Positions 44,532 to 54,318 of a DNA stretch of 64,000 bases are shown here, piece after piece. The DNA is from Candidatus Eisenbacteria bacterium RBG_16_71_46 (GTDB lineage: Bacteria; Eisenbacteria; RBG-16-71-46). Position 1 is the first letter of the stretch. Each line of letters starts with the position of its first letter. The stretch covers positions 2,825 to 66,824 of the forward strand of contig MFFQ01000124.1 in NCBI GenBank assembly GCA_001780165.1. Direction: 5' to 3'. The notes under the pieces were generated by a model, which was given only the letters and a program-made list of their open reading frames with translations, made no database searches and was not told where the DNA came from. The position numbers were made by a program, and so were the translations under genes.

Positions 44532-44787
44532 CGCCGCCTCCTGATCCCCCGCCCGCGCGAGACCCGCGGCCGCGCGTCCCGGACGGCGCGCGTCGCGGCT
44601 CACCCCCGAGCGTCGCCAGCATACACGGTGCGCGGGCGCGGGGCCGGGACCGGCGCGAGTCGTGAGCGACACCCGACCTGCTCGCGTCCCCACCCGAGCC
44701 CACCTGCCGCACCCTTCGCCCAGATCCGGGACACCGGCTCGCACCGCCCGCTGCGTGGCACCCCCGGCCATGCGCTATGCTCCGCGC

Positions 44788-46146
44788 GTGCAAGCGATCA
44801 ATCCCGCCACCGGGGAGCCGCTGGCCCACTACCCCGAGCACGATGCCGCGACCGCGGCGCGGATGCTCGAGACGGCCGGCGAGGCGTTCATCTCCTGGCG
44901 CCGCGCGCCGCTCGCCCAGCGCGCGGTCCTGCTCGGGCGCGCCGCCCAGCTGCTGCGCTCGGGCAGTGCCGGGTTCGCCCGCACCATGACGCTCGAGATG
45001 GGCAAGCCGATCGCCGCCGCGGAGGCCGAGGTCGAGAAGTGCGCCTGGGTCTGCGAGTACTTCGCCGAGCATGCCGCCGAGTTCCTCTCCCCCACGCCGG
45101 TCTCGAGCGACGCGAGGCGCAGCTTCGTGCGCTACGACCCGCTGGGCGTGGTGCTCGCCGTGATGCCGTGGAATTTCCCGTTCTGGCAGCTGTTCCGCTG
45201 TGCGGCGCCGGCGCTGATGGCGGGCAACGTGGTGGCGCTCAAGCACGCCGCCAACGTGCCCGGATCGGCACTCGCCATCGAGAAGGTGTTTCGCGAGGCG
45301 GGCTTCCCGCCGGGCGGCTTCACCACCTTGTTGGTGCCGTCGCCGGGCGTCGCCGCGCTGATCCGGCATCCCGCGGTGGCCGCGGTCTCGCTCACCGGCA
45401 GCGAGGCGGCGGGTGCGGCGGTCGCCGCCGAGGCGGGACGCGAGATCAAGAAGACCGTGCTCGAGCTGGGCGGATCGGACCCGTTCGTGGTGCTCGCCGA
45501 CGCCGATCCCTCGCGGGTCGCGGAGCAGGCGGTGGCGGCGCGCACCATCAACAACGGGCAGAGCTGCATCGCCGCCAAGCGCTTCATCGTCGAGGAGCCG
45601 GTGGCCGAGGCGTTCGAGGCGGCGATGGTGGAGCGCATGCGCGCGCTCCGGCTCGGCGACCCGCTGGACCGCGCCGTGCAGCTCGGGCCGCTGGCGCGCG
45701 CCGACCTGCGCGACGAGCTGCACCAGCAGGTGCGGCGCTCGGTGCGCGCCGGAGCGAGGCTGTTGGCCGGCGGCGCCGTGCCGGAGGGACCGGGCTTCTT
45801 CTACCCCGCGACGGTCCTGACGCGGGTCGTGCCGGGGATGCCGGCGTTCGACGAGGAGACCTTCGGACCGGTGGCGGCGATCGCGCGGGCGCGCGACGCG
45901 GCCCACGCCGTCGAGCTCGCCAACCGCTCGCGTTTCGGGCTCGGCGCCAGCCTGTGGACCGGCGACCCGGCGCGCGGCGAGTCGCTGGCCGCCGAGATCG
46001 AGGCCGGGGCGGTGTTCGTCAACGGCATCGTCAAGTCCGACCCACGGCTGCCCTTCGGCGGCATCAAGCGCTCGGGCTACGGGCGCGAGCTGGCGCGCGA
46101 GGGGATCCGCGAGTTCGTCAACGTGAAAACCGTCTGGGTGGGCTGA
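44788..46146 (+). CDS. NAD(P)-dependent succinate-semialdehyde dehydrogenase-like aldehyde dehydrogenase
   Basis: QAINPATGE, MPWNFP, LTGS, LELGGSDP, GQSCIAAKR, EETFGPV, PFGGIKRSGYGREL. Confidence 0.92.
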   Translation: MQAINPATGEPLAHYPEHDAATAARMLETAGEAFISWRRAPLAQRAVLLGRAAQLLRSGSAGFARTMTLEMGKPIAAAEAEVEKCAWVCEYFAEHAAEFLSPTPVSSDARRSFVRYDPLGVVLAVMPWNFPFWQLFRCAAPALMAGNVVALKHAANVPGSALAIEKVFREAGFPPGGFTTLLVPSPGVAALIRHPAVAAVSLTGSEAAGAAVAAEAGREIKKTVLELGGSDPFVVLADADPSRVAEQAVAARTINNGQSCIAAKRFIVEEPVAEAFEAAMVERMRALRLGDPLDRAVQLGPLARADLRDELHQQVRRSVRAGARLLAGGAVPEGPGFFYPATVLTRVVPGMPAFDEETFGPVAAIARARDAAHAVELANRSRFGLGASLWTGDPARGESLAAEIEAGAVFVNGIVKSDPRLPFGGIKRSGYGRELAREGIREFVNVKTVWVG

Positions 46147-46156
46147 GCCGCGCCGC

Positions 46157-48292
46157 TCACGCGCTCCACATCGACGCTTCGTAGCCGGCATCGGGCACGG
46201 TGAAGCGCACCGCGTCGTCACCGGGAATGCTCTCCACCGGCTCGCCCCCGCGCAGGAGCACCAGCACCAGCTCCACGGCTTCGCCCGGGGCCAGCCCCAG
46301 CGCTACGAACGGCACCCCGAGCTCGAGCACGCTCCCGAGGGCGCACTCGGCACCCTCGACCGGGGCGCCGGCGCGGCCGTCCATGTCCCAGGTCACCGCG
46401 CGCCGCCCCCGGGCGAGGCCGCGCACGGCGAGCCGGCGCGAGTTCGGGGCGAGCAGCTCCAGCACCAGGTCGAGCCCCGGCTCGGGCGGCCGGTGGGCGG
46501 TAAAGTCGAGTCGGAGATAGAGGGCGGTGGCGTCGAAGCCGAAGTGGACCTCGCTCACCCACCGCCGGCTGCGATGCGTCGCGCTGCCGCTGTCCACCCG
46601 GTGCCGGCCCGCGGCGTACCACTCGTAGAAGTCCGACAGGCGCCCGTCGATCTGCGGATGCAGGAAGCCCAGCGGCTGCTCCCACACTTCGCGCGGGCCG
46701 CGCACGCCGAGGATCGGCACCTGGAGCCACCCCGGCACCGGGTGGCCGCTGCGCTCGAAGGCGGCCTGCAGGTGCTCGCGGAAGATGCGCTCGAACAGCG
46801 CCTTGTCGGAGGTGTAGTGGTCCTCCCCCAGCCACCAGAACCAATCCGAGCCCTCGGCGGCATCGATCGCGTGCCAGGCCTCGGGATGCGATGCCGCGGT
46901 CACGCCCGCCTCGACCAGCACCCGCCGCGAGCGCGCCAGCAGATCCCAGGCGCGGTTCTTCTCCGGGTGGCCGATCCAGATGTGGAAGTCGGCGTCGATC
47001 CACGAGCCGGTGTGGAGCGCTTCGAGCCGCGGCAGCGTCCCCCGTTCGGCCAGCACCTGCGACGGCGTGCGCGTGCGGATGTCGGGCGCGGCCTCGAGCG
47101 CGGCGTAGAGCGCGTCGAGGAAGGGACCACCGTCGTTCGCGTAGTACTCCCAGCAGTTCTCCCCGTCGAGGATGACGCTCACCACCGGGGGGCCGTCGCC
47201 GCGCTGCTCGCGGCCGATGCGGCGCAGGCGCGCGAGGAAATCCGACACCGCCTCCTCGACGCTCCAGCGCTGGTAGACGAACCCGATGCGATCCGACAGC
47301 TCGTGATCGCGGAAGAAGAGCGCCACGTCCCCGGCGGGCGTGGACACCGCCCACGGGCGGTAGCGCGGGTCACCGCGCGGGGGCTGCGCCGGCCGCGAGC
47401 GCGCGAGGACGCTCTCGTCGCTCGCCAGCCAGCGCAGCCCCAGGCGGGCCGCGATCTCGGCGACTTCGGGACTCACGCTGCCCTCCGGCGGCCACATGCC
47501 CTGGGGCCGGGAGCCGAAGACCTGCGCGTGGCGCGCGATCGCCCGCTCGATCTGGCGCGTGGCATCCTCGGGGCAGGCGAACGGCAGCGCGGGCAGCCGC
47601 AGGTCGGGCTTCGCCCGGCGCGCGCTCGCGACGTCCACGAGCAGGGGCAGGATCGGGTGGCAGTAGGCGGACTCCGACAGCTCGATCTGTCCCCGCTCGG
47701 CGAGCGCGCGGTAGGCCGGGATCACTCGCGCCGCCAGCCGCGCCTGCAGGAGGAGCAGCGCGTCGCCGTGCGCCTCGGTCAGCGGACCCGGCTCGTCGAG
47801 CGCCTGCCGCGCCTCGGGCTCGTCGTGGAACATCGGATCGATCCAGGCGAGCAGGAACCAGGCTTCGAGCGCCGCCAGCTCCGCGTCGCTGAGCGCCGGC
47901 GCGGACGGATCGTGGCGCGTCGCGTTCGCCCGATCGCACAGTGCCCGGAAGCGCGGCCAGCGCTGAAGCGCATGCCGCGGCGCCAGCACGCAGCGCGCCG
48001 CGAGCTCGGCGCGCTCCGCCGGCGCGAGCCCGCCCACCGGACGCGCGATGAGCTCCATGAGCGCGTCCGCCGTGGTGAGGCCGCTCTCGAGCTGGTCGAG
48101 CAGCGTGGGGACGAAGTTGAACGTGGCGCGGAGCCCGGGGTGGCGCTCGAGCCGCAGCGCCATGTCGAGGTAGTCCTTGGTGGCGTGGAGGCGCACCCAG
48201 GGCAGCAGGCCCCGCCCATCATGCGGGCCGCGATAGTCCGGCTGGTGGTGATGCCAGAGGAAGATCAGGTCGACGGCAGGTGTCTCGCTCAA
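46157..48292 (-). CDS. Glycoside hydrolase family 57 protein (amylopullulanase/alpha-amylase-like)
   Basis: WHHHQP, LPWVRLHATKDY, HPILPL, GMWPPEGSVS, ILDGENCWE, AEGSDWFWW. Confidence 0.93.
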   Translation of the reverse strand: MSETPAVDLIFLWHHHQPDYRGPHDGRGLLPWVRLHATKDYLDMALRLERHPGLRATFNFVPTLLDQLESGLTTADALMELIARPVGGLAPAERAELAARCVLAPRHALQRWPRFRALCDRANATRHDPSAPALSDAELAALEAWFLLAWIDPMFHDEPEARQALDEPGPLTEAHGDALLLLQARLAARVIPAYRALAERGQIELSESAYCHPILPLLVDVASARRAKPDLRLPALPFACPEDATRQIERAIARHAQVFGSRPQGMWPPEGSVSPEVAEIAARLGLRWLASDESVLARSRPAQPPRGDPRYRPWAVSTPAGDVALFFRDHELSDRIGFVYQRWSVEEAVSDFLARLRRIGREQRGDGPPVVSVILDGENCWEYYANDGGPFLDALYAALEAAPDIRTRTPSQVLAERGTLPRLEALHTGSWIDADFHIWIGHPEKNRAWDLLARSRRVLVEAGVTAASHPEAWHAIDAAEGSDWFWWLGEDHYTSDKALFERIFREHLQAAFERSGHPVPGWLQVPILGVRGPREVWEQPLGFLHPQIDGRLSDFYEWYAAGRHRVDSGSATHRSRRWVSEVHFGFDATALYLRLDFTAHRPPEPGLDLVLELLAPNSRRLAVRGLARGRRAVTWDMDGRAGAPVEGAECALGSVLELGVPFVALGLAPGEAVELVLVLLRGGEPVESIPGDDAVRFTVPDAGYEASMWSA

Positions 48293-48335
48293 CGTGATTC
48301 CCCGGCGAGCCGCGGCCGCCGCTTGGGACCCGCGG

Positions 48336-49004
48336 TCAGCGGCTCGCGGCCTGGGCCTCGGCGAGCTTCTCGCGGGCGAGCGTCGCGTACGAGGTCTCGC
48401 CGAAGTCGTCCACCAGGCGCTGCAGCGACTTGACGGCCTCGGCCGGCTGACCCATCGCCCGGTAGCAGCGCGCGGCCGCCATCAGGAATTCCGCCGAGGA
48501 CTCGCGGTCGAACACGCCCACCAGCCCCGCATAGGTGGTCGCGGCCTCCGGGTACACTCCGTCGCTCTCCAGGGCATAGGCGAGGCTGCGGCGCACCGCG
48601 TTGGCGAGGATGCCGCGGCGGTTCTTCTTGAGGTAATCGCGGTAGTGCCCGATCGCGCCTTTGAAGTCGCCGCTCCAGAACGCGTCGTCGCCCGCCAGCC
48701 GGGAGGCGTCGATGCCGCTCGGCGTGCTGCCGTACTGCTGGATGATCTGCTTCGCGGTCTCGAGCGAGCGGTCGTAGCTGCCCTGCCAGAACAGCACCGA
48801 CGCTTCGGCGAGCCGGCCCGCCGCCGCGTCTTCGGCCGCGGCCCGGGCGCGCAGGGTGAAGAATGCGAGCACCCCCGCCACGGCGAGCGCGCCGACGCCG
48901 ATCAGCACCACCCGGCCGAAGCGGCCCCAGAAGCCGGTCACCCGGTCCAGCAGGTCGTGGCCAGGATCCTCCAACCCGCCGCGTTTCAGCGACTGTAACG
49001 TCAA
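48336..49004 (-). CDS. Single-pass membrane TPR protein (YfgM-like)
   Basis: One TM helix followed by TPR-like helices; TTG start after GGAGG. Confidence 0.75.
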   Translation of the reverse strand: MTLQSLKRGGLEDPGHDLLDRVTGFWGRFGRVVLIGVGALAVAGVLAFFTLRARAAAEDAAAGRLAEASVLFWQGSYDRSLETAKQIIQQYGSTPSGIDASRLAGDDAFWSGDFKGAIGHYRDYLKKNRRGILANAVRRSLAYALESDGVYPEAATTYAGLVGVFDRESSAEFLMAAARCYRAMGQPAEAVKSLQRLVDDFGETSYATLAREKLAEAQAASR

Positions 49005-49071
49005 GTTCTACCTCCGATTACGATCTTGCATTAAAGTTCAAAACGAGGCCGCGCCAGCTTCGAGCGCACGA

Positions 49072-49100
49072 AACGTATCCGCTCGCTCGCGGTCCGTCAA
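49072..49100 (-). promoter_or_regulatory. sigma70-type promoter for the TPR/GH57 genes
   Basis: On the - strand: TTGACG, 17 bp, TACGTT. Confidence 0.5.
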
Positions 49101-49211
49101 GCGCGGGCGTCCGCGCTCCGCCCGCGTGTGGGCGACGTCCCGCGCGACCGCCCGGCATTCCGGCCCGTTCTTTCGGGCCCGCGCCGGCGCCACCCCGTTC
49201 CCGACCGGGAG

Positions 49212-50336
49212 TCACTCCGGCGCGCAGCGCACGCACGCGACGGCCCCGCGCGAGCGCACCAGCATCTCGGCCGGAGCGCCGCAGCTCGGGCACCCCGGCA
49301 GCGCGGGCCGCCCGCGTGCCACGTCCACCCGGCTCGCGACGCGCACGCGCACCGCGCCGGCCTTGAGCTCCTGCTCGAGGTCCGCGACCGGCCACGACCA
49401 CTCCTCGATGCCCCAGACGCGCAGCTCGGTGCGCAGCGCCCAGCGCTGCTGCACCTCGGCCGCGCGCCGCTCCCACTCCAGCTTGAGGGAGGTGGCATCC
49501 CCCTGCTCGAGATCCCCCTCCTCGCCGTTCGAGCTGCGGCGGCGCAGGCGCTCCTCTTCCTCTTCGATGCGGGCCGAGAAGAACGCCCCCAGCCGCCCCA
49601 GCTCGTCGTCGCGCAGCCGGGACACCGCGCGTTCCCATTCGCGCTCGCGCTCGTCGAGCAGCCGCGCGAAGTGCTCCCGCGCCGCCGCGGTCATCCGCGC
49701 GCGCCCGTCGGGATCGAGCGCATCGGCGATCTGATAGAGCCCCTCGCGGGGACGCACCTCGGGAAGGGCCGAGCCGATCGCGGTTTCGAGCAGGCCGCCG
49801 TCCGCATCGAGCAGGATCACCCACGACTCCTGGGCGGGCAGCCCGCCCCAGCGCGTCACCACGCCGTGGAATGCGAAGCGTCGCTCGTAACGCACCGGAC
49901 CGAGGCGCGGCGCGGCCCAGGCCAGGCCGCGCACGCGACACACCGGGGCGAGTCCCTCCGCCGGCGCTCCCGGCACCTGGGCCAGCGCGGTGCGCCGCGT
50001 CACCAGCGGCTCCTCGAGTGCCGCCTCGAGGATCTTGCGTCCGCCGCCGCTGCCCGGGGCGGTGAACCACGCCCCGCGCGGCAGGGTCGGGCGCGAGGGA
50101 TCGAACACCAGCCGCACGCGCTGGCGCCGCCAGCGCCGCCGCAGCGCCGGCGAGAGCTCCACCTCCCAGTCGCCGCGCGCCGCGTCGCGCACCGTGCAAC
50201 CGGCGGCTTCGAGCCAGCGCCCGACGAACGCGCGCCACTCCGGGTGCAGGACGGGCGCGGCCGCCGGCGCGGCCGCGCGCACCGCCGCCGCCGCCGCTCG
50301 CGCGCGCCGGCGCTGGGTGGCGGCACTCGCGATCAC
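49212..50336 (-). CDS. Hypothetical protein, YqhG-like, with a coiled coil and C-terminal Zn ribbon
   Basis: GTGA overlap with the helicase stop; F..RWLE..GC.V.....WEV.L N-terminus; CPSC...CVRC at the C-terminus. Confidence 0.7.
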   Translation of the reverse strand: MIASAATQRRRARAAAAAVRAAAPAAAPVLHPEWRAFVGRWLEAAGCTVRDAARGDWEVELSPALRRRWRRQRVRLVFDPSRPTLPRGAWFTAPGSGGGRKILEAALEEPLVTRRTALAQVPGAPAEGLAPVCRVRGLAWAAPRLGPVRYERRFAFHGVVTRWGGLPAQESWVILLDADGGLLETAIGSALPEVRPREGLYQIADALDPDGRARMTAAAREHFARLLDEREREWERAVSRLRDDELGRLGAFFSARIEEEEERLRRRSSNGEEGDLEQGDATSLKLEWERRAAEVQQRWALRTELRVWGIEEWSWPVADLEQELKAGAVRVRVASRVDVARGRPALPGCPSCGAPAEMLVRSRGAVACVRCAPE

Positions 50337-52273
50337 GCCTTATCCTCCTTCGGCACCACGGGGAACAGCCAGTTCTGTCGCTCCTTCTGCTTCTGGTAGA
50401 GGCGCCGCGCCACCACCAGGTGCTGGGCCAGCTCGGCGAAACGGCGCTTGCGCATCCGCGGACCGGAGGACTCGACCCAGCGCCGGAACACCTCGTCCTC
50501 GAAGGAGCCGTGCTGCTGCCACGTGCCGAGGATCTCCTCCATCTCCCCCACCACCAGCTCGAACATCCGGATCTTGCGGTCGAGGATCTCGAGCACGTAG
50601 GCCTCGATCGTCCCGCGCGCGGCGAGATTGATGACCCTCACCGGGTGCTCCTGGCCGAGCCGATGGACGCGACCGATCCGCTGCTCGATGCGCATCGGAT
50701 TCCAGGGCAGATCGTAGTTCACCACGATGCGGCAGAACTGGAGGTTGCGTCCCTCCCCGCCCGCCTCGGTGCTCACCAGCACCTGCAGGCCCGCGCGGAA
50801 GTTCTCGAGCGACTCCTCCTTCTCGCGCCAGCCCATTTCGCCGTGGAACACGGCCGGCTCGATCCCGGACTCGCGCAGGGCCTCGACGATCGTGTCCTGG
50901 GTCGCGCGAAACTGGGTGAAGATGATGCACTTCTCGCCGCCCATCCCCGCCACGCTCCGCAGCAACGAGCGGATCTTGCTCGGGCTGCGACTGACTTCCG
51001 CGGCGCGCGCGGTGAGCGCCTTGAGCCGCCGCGTTTCGAGCCCGTCGGGGTGCTGCGCGAGCCGCTCCATGGTCGAGCGGGCGGCGGCCCACGAGGAGCC
51101 CATCTCCTTCTGCAGCACCATGAGCGTGAAGTAGTGCGGGCGCCCGGGCCCGCCGCTGTCGGCGCGCACCGACTCGGCCACGAAGTCGCTCACCTGCTGG
51201 TAGAGCAGGCGCTCGGCCGGGCTCTGCGAGACCCACAGCGTCTCGACCTTGCGCGGCGCGAAGGTGAGGTCGGTGTCGGCGCGCCGGGTGCGGATCATGA
51301 CGGACTCCAGCAGGGTACGCAGGCGCGGCGTGTTGCGCGGGCTGCGCTTGTCGTGTCCGCTGAGGAAGTCCCGCCGGAACTGCGAGAAGGTGCCGACCGT
51401 GCCGGGACGGACCAGGGTGGACAGGTTGTACAATTCGCGCATGTCGTTCTGCACCGGAGTGGCGGTGAGCAGCAGCAGGTAGCGCGGGTTGAGGTCGTTG
51501 ATGAACTTCCATCCTAGCGTGAGGTGGTTGCGCAGGCGGTGCGCCTCGTCCACCACCACCAGGTCGTAGTTGGCTCCGCGGACCCGGCGGCGGTGGCGCT
51601 CGTGGCGGGCGGTCTCGAGCGAGGAGATGACCAGCGGATGCCGGCCCCACTGCCCGGCCGGACCCCGCGACACGACGAAATCGAGCTCGAACTTCTCCCA
51701 CAGCTCGGCCCGCCATTGCTCGCACAGCGACGCCGGCACCAGGACCAGGATGGTGCGCACGGCGCCGCGCAGCAGGTATTCCTTGAGCACGATGCCGGCC
51801 TCGATGGTCTTGCCGAGTCCGACCTCGTCGGCCAAGATCGCGCGCCCATTGAGGTCGCGCATCACCTTGAGGCAGGCCTTGATCTGGTGCGGGAAGCGCT
51901 CGACGCCGCGCAGCGAATCGAGCGAGATCAGGCGAGCGGTGCCGGCCCAGCCCGCCCAGCGCTCGGCCTCGGCGCGCAGATCGAAGGAGGCCGGCGGCGC
52001 GTACGACTCGGCGCTCCAGCCCTCGACCAGGCGGTCGCCGAGCGCGTTCCAGTGCCGGCTCGCCGCATGCAATGGGGCGGTCGCCGCCACCGGCATGCGC
52101 CCGTCCACCACCTCCCACTCGCGCTGGGCCGAGAGTCGCTTGAGCCGGCCCTCGAAGACCACTTCGAGCACCTCGCGCCCGCGGTCGGTGTGCACCTCGA
52201 CGATCAGACCCTCGCCGAACTGAGGATGGCGCAGCCGCTGGCCGACCTGGTAGCGGGTTCCGGTCAGTTCCAT
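50333..52273 (-). CDS. SNF2-family helicase (YqhH/RapA-like) with an N-terminal Tudor-like domain
   Basis: ILADEVGLGKT, DEAH, LTATPVQN, STEAGGEGRNLQ, YDLPWNPMRIEQRIGRVHRLGQ; N-terminal VGQRLRHPQFGEG. Confidence 0.92.
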   Translation of the reverse strand: MELTGTRYQVGQRLRHPQFGEGLIVEVHTDRGREVLEVVFEGRLKRLSAQREWEVVDGRMPVAATAPLHAASRHWNALGDRLVEGWSAESYAPPASFDLRAEAERWAGWAGTARLISLDSLRGVERFPHQIKACLKVMRDLNGRAILADEVGLGKTIEAGIVLKEYLLRGAVRTILVLVPASLCEQWRAELWEKFELDFVVSRGPAGQWGRHPLVISSLETARHERHRRRVRGANYDLVVVDEAHRLRNHLTLGWKFINDLNPRYLLLLTATPVQNDMRELYNLSTLVRPGTVGTFSQFRRDFLSGHDKRSPRNTPRLRTLLESVMIRTRRADTDLTFAPRKVETLWVSQSPAERLLYQQVSDFVAESVRADSGGPGRPHYFTLMVLQKEMGSSWAAARSTMERLAQHPDGLETRRLKALTARAAEVSRSPSKIRSLLRSVAGMGGEKCIIFTQFRATQDTIVEALRESGIEPAVFHGEMGWREKEESLENFRAGLQVLVSTEAGGEGRNLQFCRIVVNYDLPWNPMRIEQRIGRVHRLGQEHPVRVINLAARGTIEAYVLEILDRKIRMFELVVGEMEEILGTWQQHGSFEDEVFRRWVESSGPRMRKRRFAELAQHLVVARRLYQKQKERQNWLFPVVPKEDKA

Positions 52274-53673
52274 AGCGCGAACTCCTCTCCGGGGCGGGGG
52301 ATGTGGACGGCGGCATCGATCCGTTCGCGCAGCCGGGCCTGAAGGGTCTCGGCCGGCGCCAACTCGCCGTGCACCAGGAAGATCGCGCGCGGCGAGGGCT
52401 CGAGCCCGGCCGCCCACTGCACCAGGTCGCGCTGGTCGGCGTGGGCGCTGAAGCCCTCGAGCGCCACGATCTCCGCCCGCCGGCGCACCGGCTCGCCGAA
52501 GATGCTGACGGTCTCGGCCCCCTCGACCAGGCGCCGGCCCAGGGTGTGCTCGGCCTGAAATCCAACGAACAGCACGGTGTTGCGCGCGTCACCGAGCCCG
52601 TTCTGGAGGTGGTGCAGGATGCGCCCCCCCTCGCACATGCCCGAGGCGGAGATGATGATGCAGGGCTCGCGCCGGTCGTTGAGCGACTTGGACTCCTCGA
52701 CCGAGGCGACGTAGCGCAGGCGCCGGAAGCCGAACGGCGCGCCGTCCTCGCTCTCGAACCGGCGGTGGGTCTCGGCGTCGAAGCACTCCGGGTGGCGGCG
52801 GAAGACCTCGGTGGCCTGGCGCGCCATCGGGCTATCCACGAAGATCGGCAGGTCGCACAGCCGCTTCTGCTCGCACAGGGTGTGGATCGTGGCGACCAGT
52901 TCCTGCGTGCGCCCGACCGCGAAGGCCGGCACCAGCAGGCGACCGCCCCGCGCCGCGGTGCGCTCGATCACCTCGGTCAGCCGGCGTTCGTTGTCCTCGG
53001 GGTCGGGGTGGAGACGGTCGCCGTAAGTGCTCTCGAGCACCAGCGCGTCCACTCCCGGGGGCGTCTCCGGATCGCGCAGGATCGGACGGTCGCGCCGCCC
53101 GAGGTCGCCGCTCATCCCGAGCCGGAACCGCCGCCCCCCACTCGAGATCTCGAACACGGTGAGCGCCGAGCCCAGGATGTGTCCGGCGTCGAAAAAGGTC
53201 ACGTCGATCTCCGGGTGCAGGCGCCACGGCGCGTGATAGTCGTGCTCGACGAAACGCTCGACCGTCCTCGCGACGTCCGCCCGCGTGTAGAGCGGGCGCC
53301 GAGGCGGCTGATGAGGTCGGCGGCGGCGGTTGACGTGCTCGACATCGCGCTCCATCAGGAAGGCGCTGTCCTGCAGCAGGACTGCGGCCAGGTCGGTGGT
53401 GGCCCCGGTGGCGTGGATGCGTCCCGGGTAGCCGCGGGCGACCAGCGTCGGGAGACTGCCGGTGTGGTCGAGGTGCGCGTGCGACACGACGACGTCCGTC
53501 AGTTCCGCGGGCTCGAAGGCGAACGTGCGGTTGATCGCCTCGGCCTCGTCCCGATGCCCCTGGGAGAGGCCACAGTCGAACAGCCAGGATCGCGCGCCGA
53601 GGCGCACCCGGTGACGCGACCCCGTCACCGTGCGCGCGGCCCCTTGGAACGCGATGGCGAGCGGCTCGGACAT
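52264..53673 (-). CDS. MBL-fold beta-CASP ribonuclease
   Basis: GAARTVTGS, DCG, SHAHLDHTG, AGHILGSA, ESTYG, PAFAVGRTQE, SGMCEGGRILHH, FSAHAD. Confidence 0.93.
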   Translation of the reverse strand: MSEPLAIAFQGAARTVTGSRHRVRLGARSWLFDCGLSQGHRDEAEAINRTFAFEPAELTDVVVSHAHLDHTGSLPTLVARGYPGRIHATGATTDLAAVLLQDSAFLMERDVEHVNRRRRPHQPPRRPLYTRADVARTVERFVEHDYHAPWRLHPEIDVTFFDAGHILGSALTVFEISSGGRRFRLGMSGDLGRRDRPILRDPETPPGVDALVLESTYGDRLHPDPEDNERRLTEVIERTAARGGRLLVPAFAVGRTQELVATIHTLCEQKRLCDLPIFVDSPMARQATEVFRRHPECFDAETHRRFESEDGAPFGFRRLRYVASVEESKSLNDRREPCIIISASGMCEGGRILHHLQNGLGDARNTVLFVGFQAEHTLGRRLVEGAETVSIFGEPVRRRAEIVALEGFSAHADQRDLVQWAAGLEPSPRAIFLVHGELAPAETLQARLRERIDAAVHIPRPGEEFALWN

Positions 53674-54290
53674 CAGTAGCTCGCGTAGAAGATCAGGCCG
53701 AGCGAGGCCTGGAGGTCGTGGTTGGTTTCGCCGTTCTGGAACACGGTCATGTAACGCGCGCTCAGGTCCCAGGCCCAGCTGTTCCAGAAGAAGCGCTCGA
53801 CCCCGGCACCCGCGCTGAGGTAGAGCCCGTCGTTGGGGTAGAAGGTCTCGCCGTCCCGGAGGCGCTCCGACACCTGTGCCAGGCCGAGGCCGAGGCTCAG
53901 CATGCGGGTGGTCCGCGTGCGGGTGCCGTACAGCTTGTAGAACTCCACACCCGACGTGATGAAGGTGAGCCGCTCCGGGGCGAAGAGGCTGTCCGGCGGC
54001 TGCGGGTTGCGCGCATCGAAGGTCTGGCTCTCGAACGAGAAGCCGATCGCGCGCTCGTAGCGCATGCGGTAGCGCAGCCGCACCGTCAACCCGGGACCGG
54101 CCGCGAATTCCGATCCCAGCTTCGCGCCGTCCAGCAGCGTGCCGAACTGCCCCTGCATCCCGATGCCGACCTGCCCGGGACGCGGCAGCACCACCACCGT
54201 CTTCGCGTCCGCCCGCCCCGCGAACCCGGCCGCGAGCGCGAGCCCGACCACGGCCCCCGCCATGCACCACCTCCGACGGCTCCACATCAT
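53673..54290 (-). CDS. Putative outer-membrane beta-barrel protein
   Basis: Signal peptide (..GRADA), amphipathic strands, C-terminal LGLIFYASY; AAGGAG RBS. Confidence 0.7.
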   Translation of the reverse strand: MMWSRRRWCMAGAVVGLALAAGFAGRADAKTVVVLPRPGQVGIGMQGQFGTLLDGAKLGSEFAAGPGLTVRLRYRMRYERAIGFSFESQTFDARNPQPPDSLFAPERLTFITSGVEFYKLYGTRTRTTRMLSLGLGLAQVSERLRDGETFYPNDGLYLSAGAGVERFFWNSWAWDLSARYMTVFQNGETNHDLQASLGLIFYASY

Positions 54291-54318
54291 CGGTGACTCC
54301 TTCCTGGTTCGGTGTCCC

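Noticed and set aside
49005-49070. AT-rich patch as a second dif-like site
   Set aside because: It lacks the CATAA-N6-TTATG core and is explained as the 5' UTR/RBS of the TPR gene.
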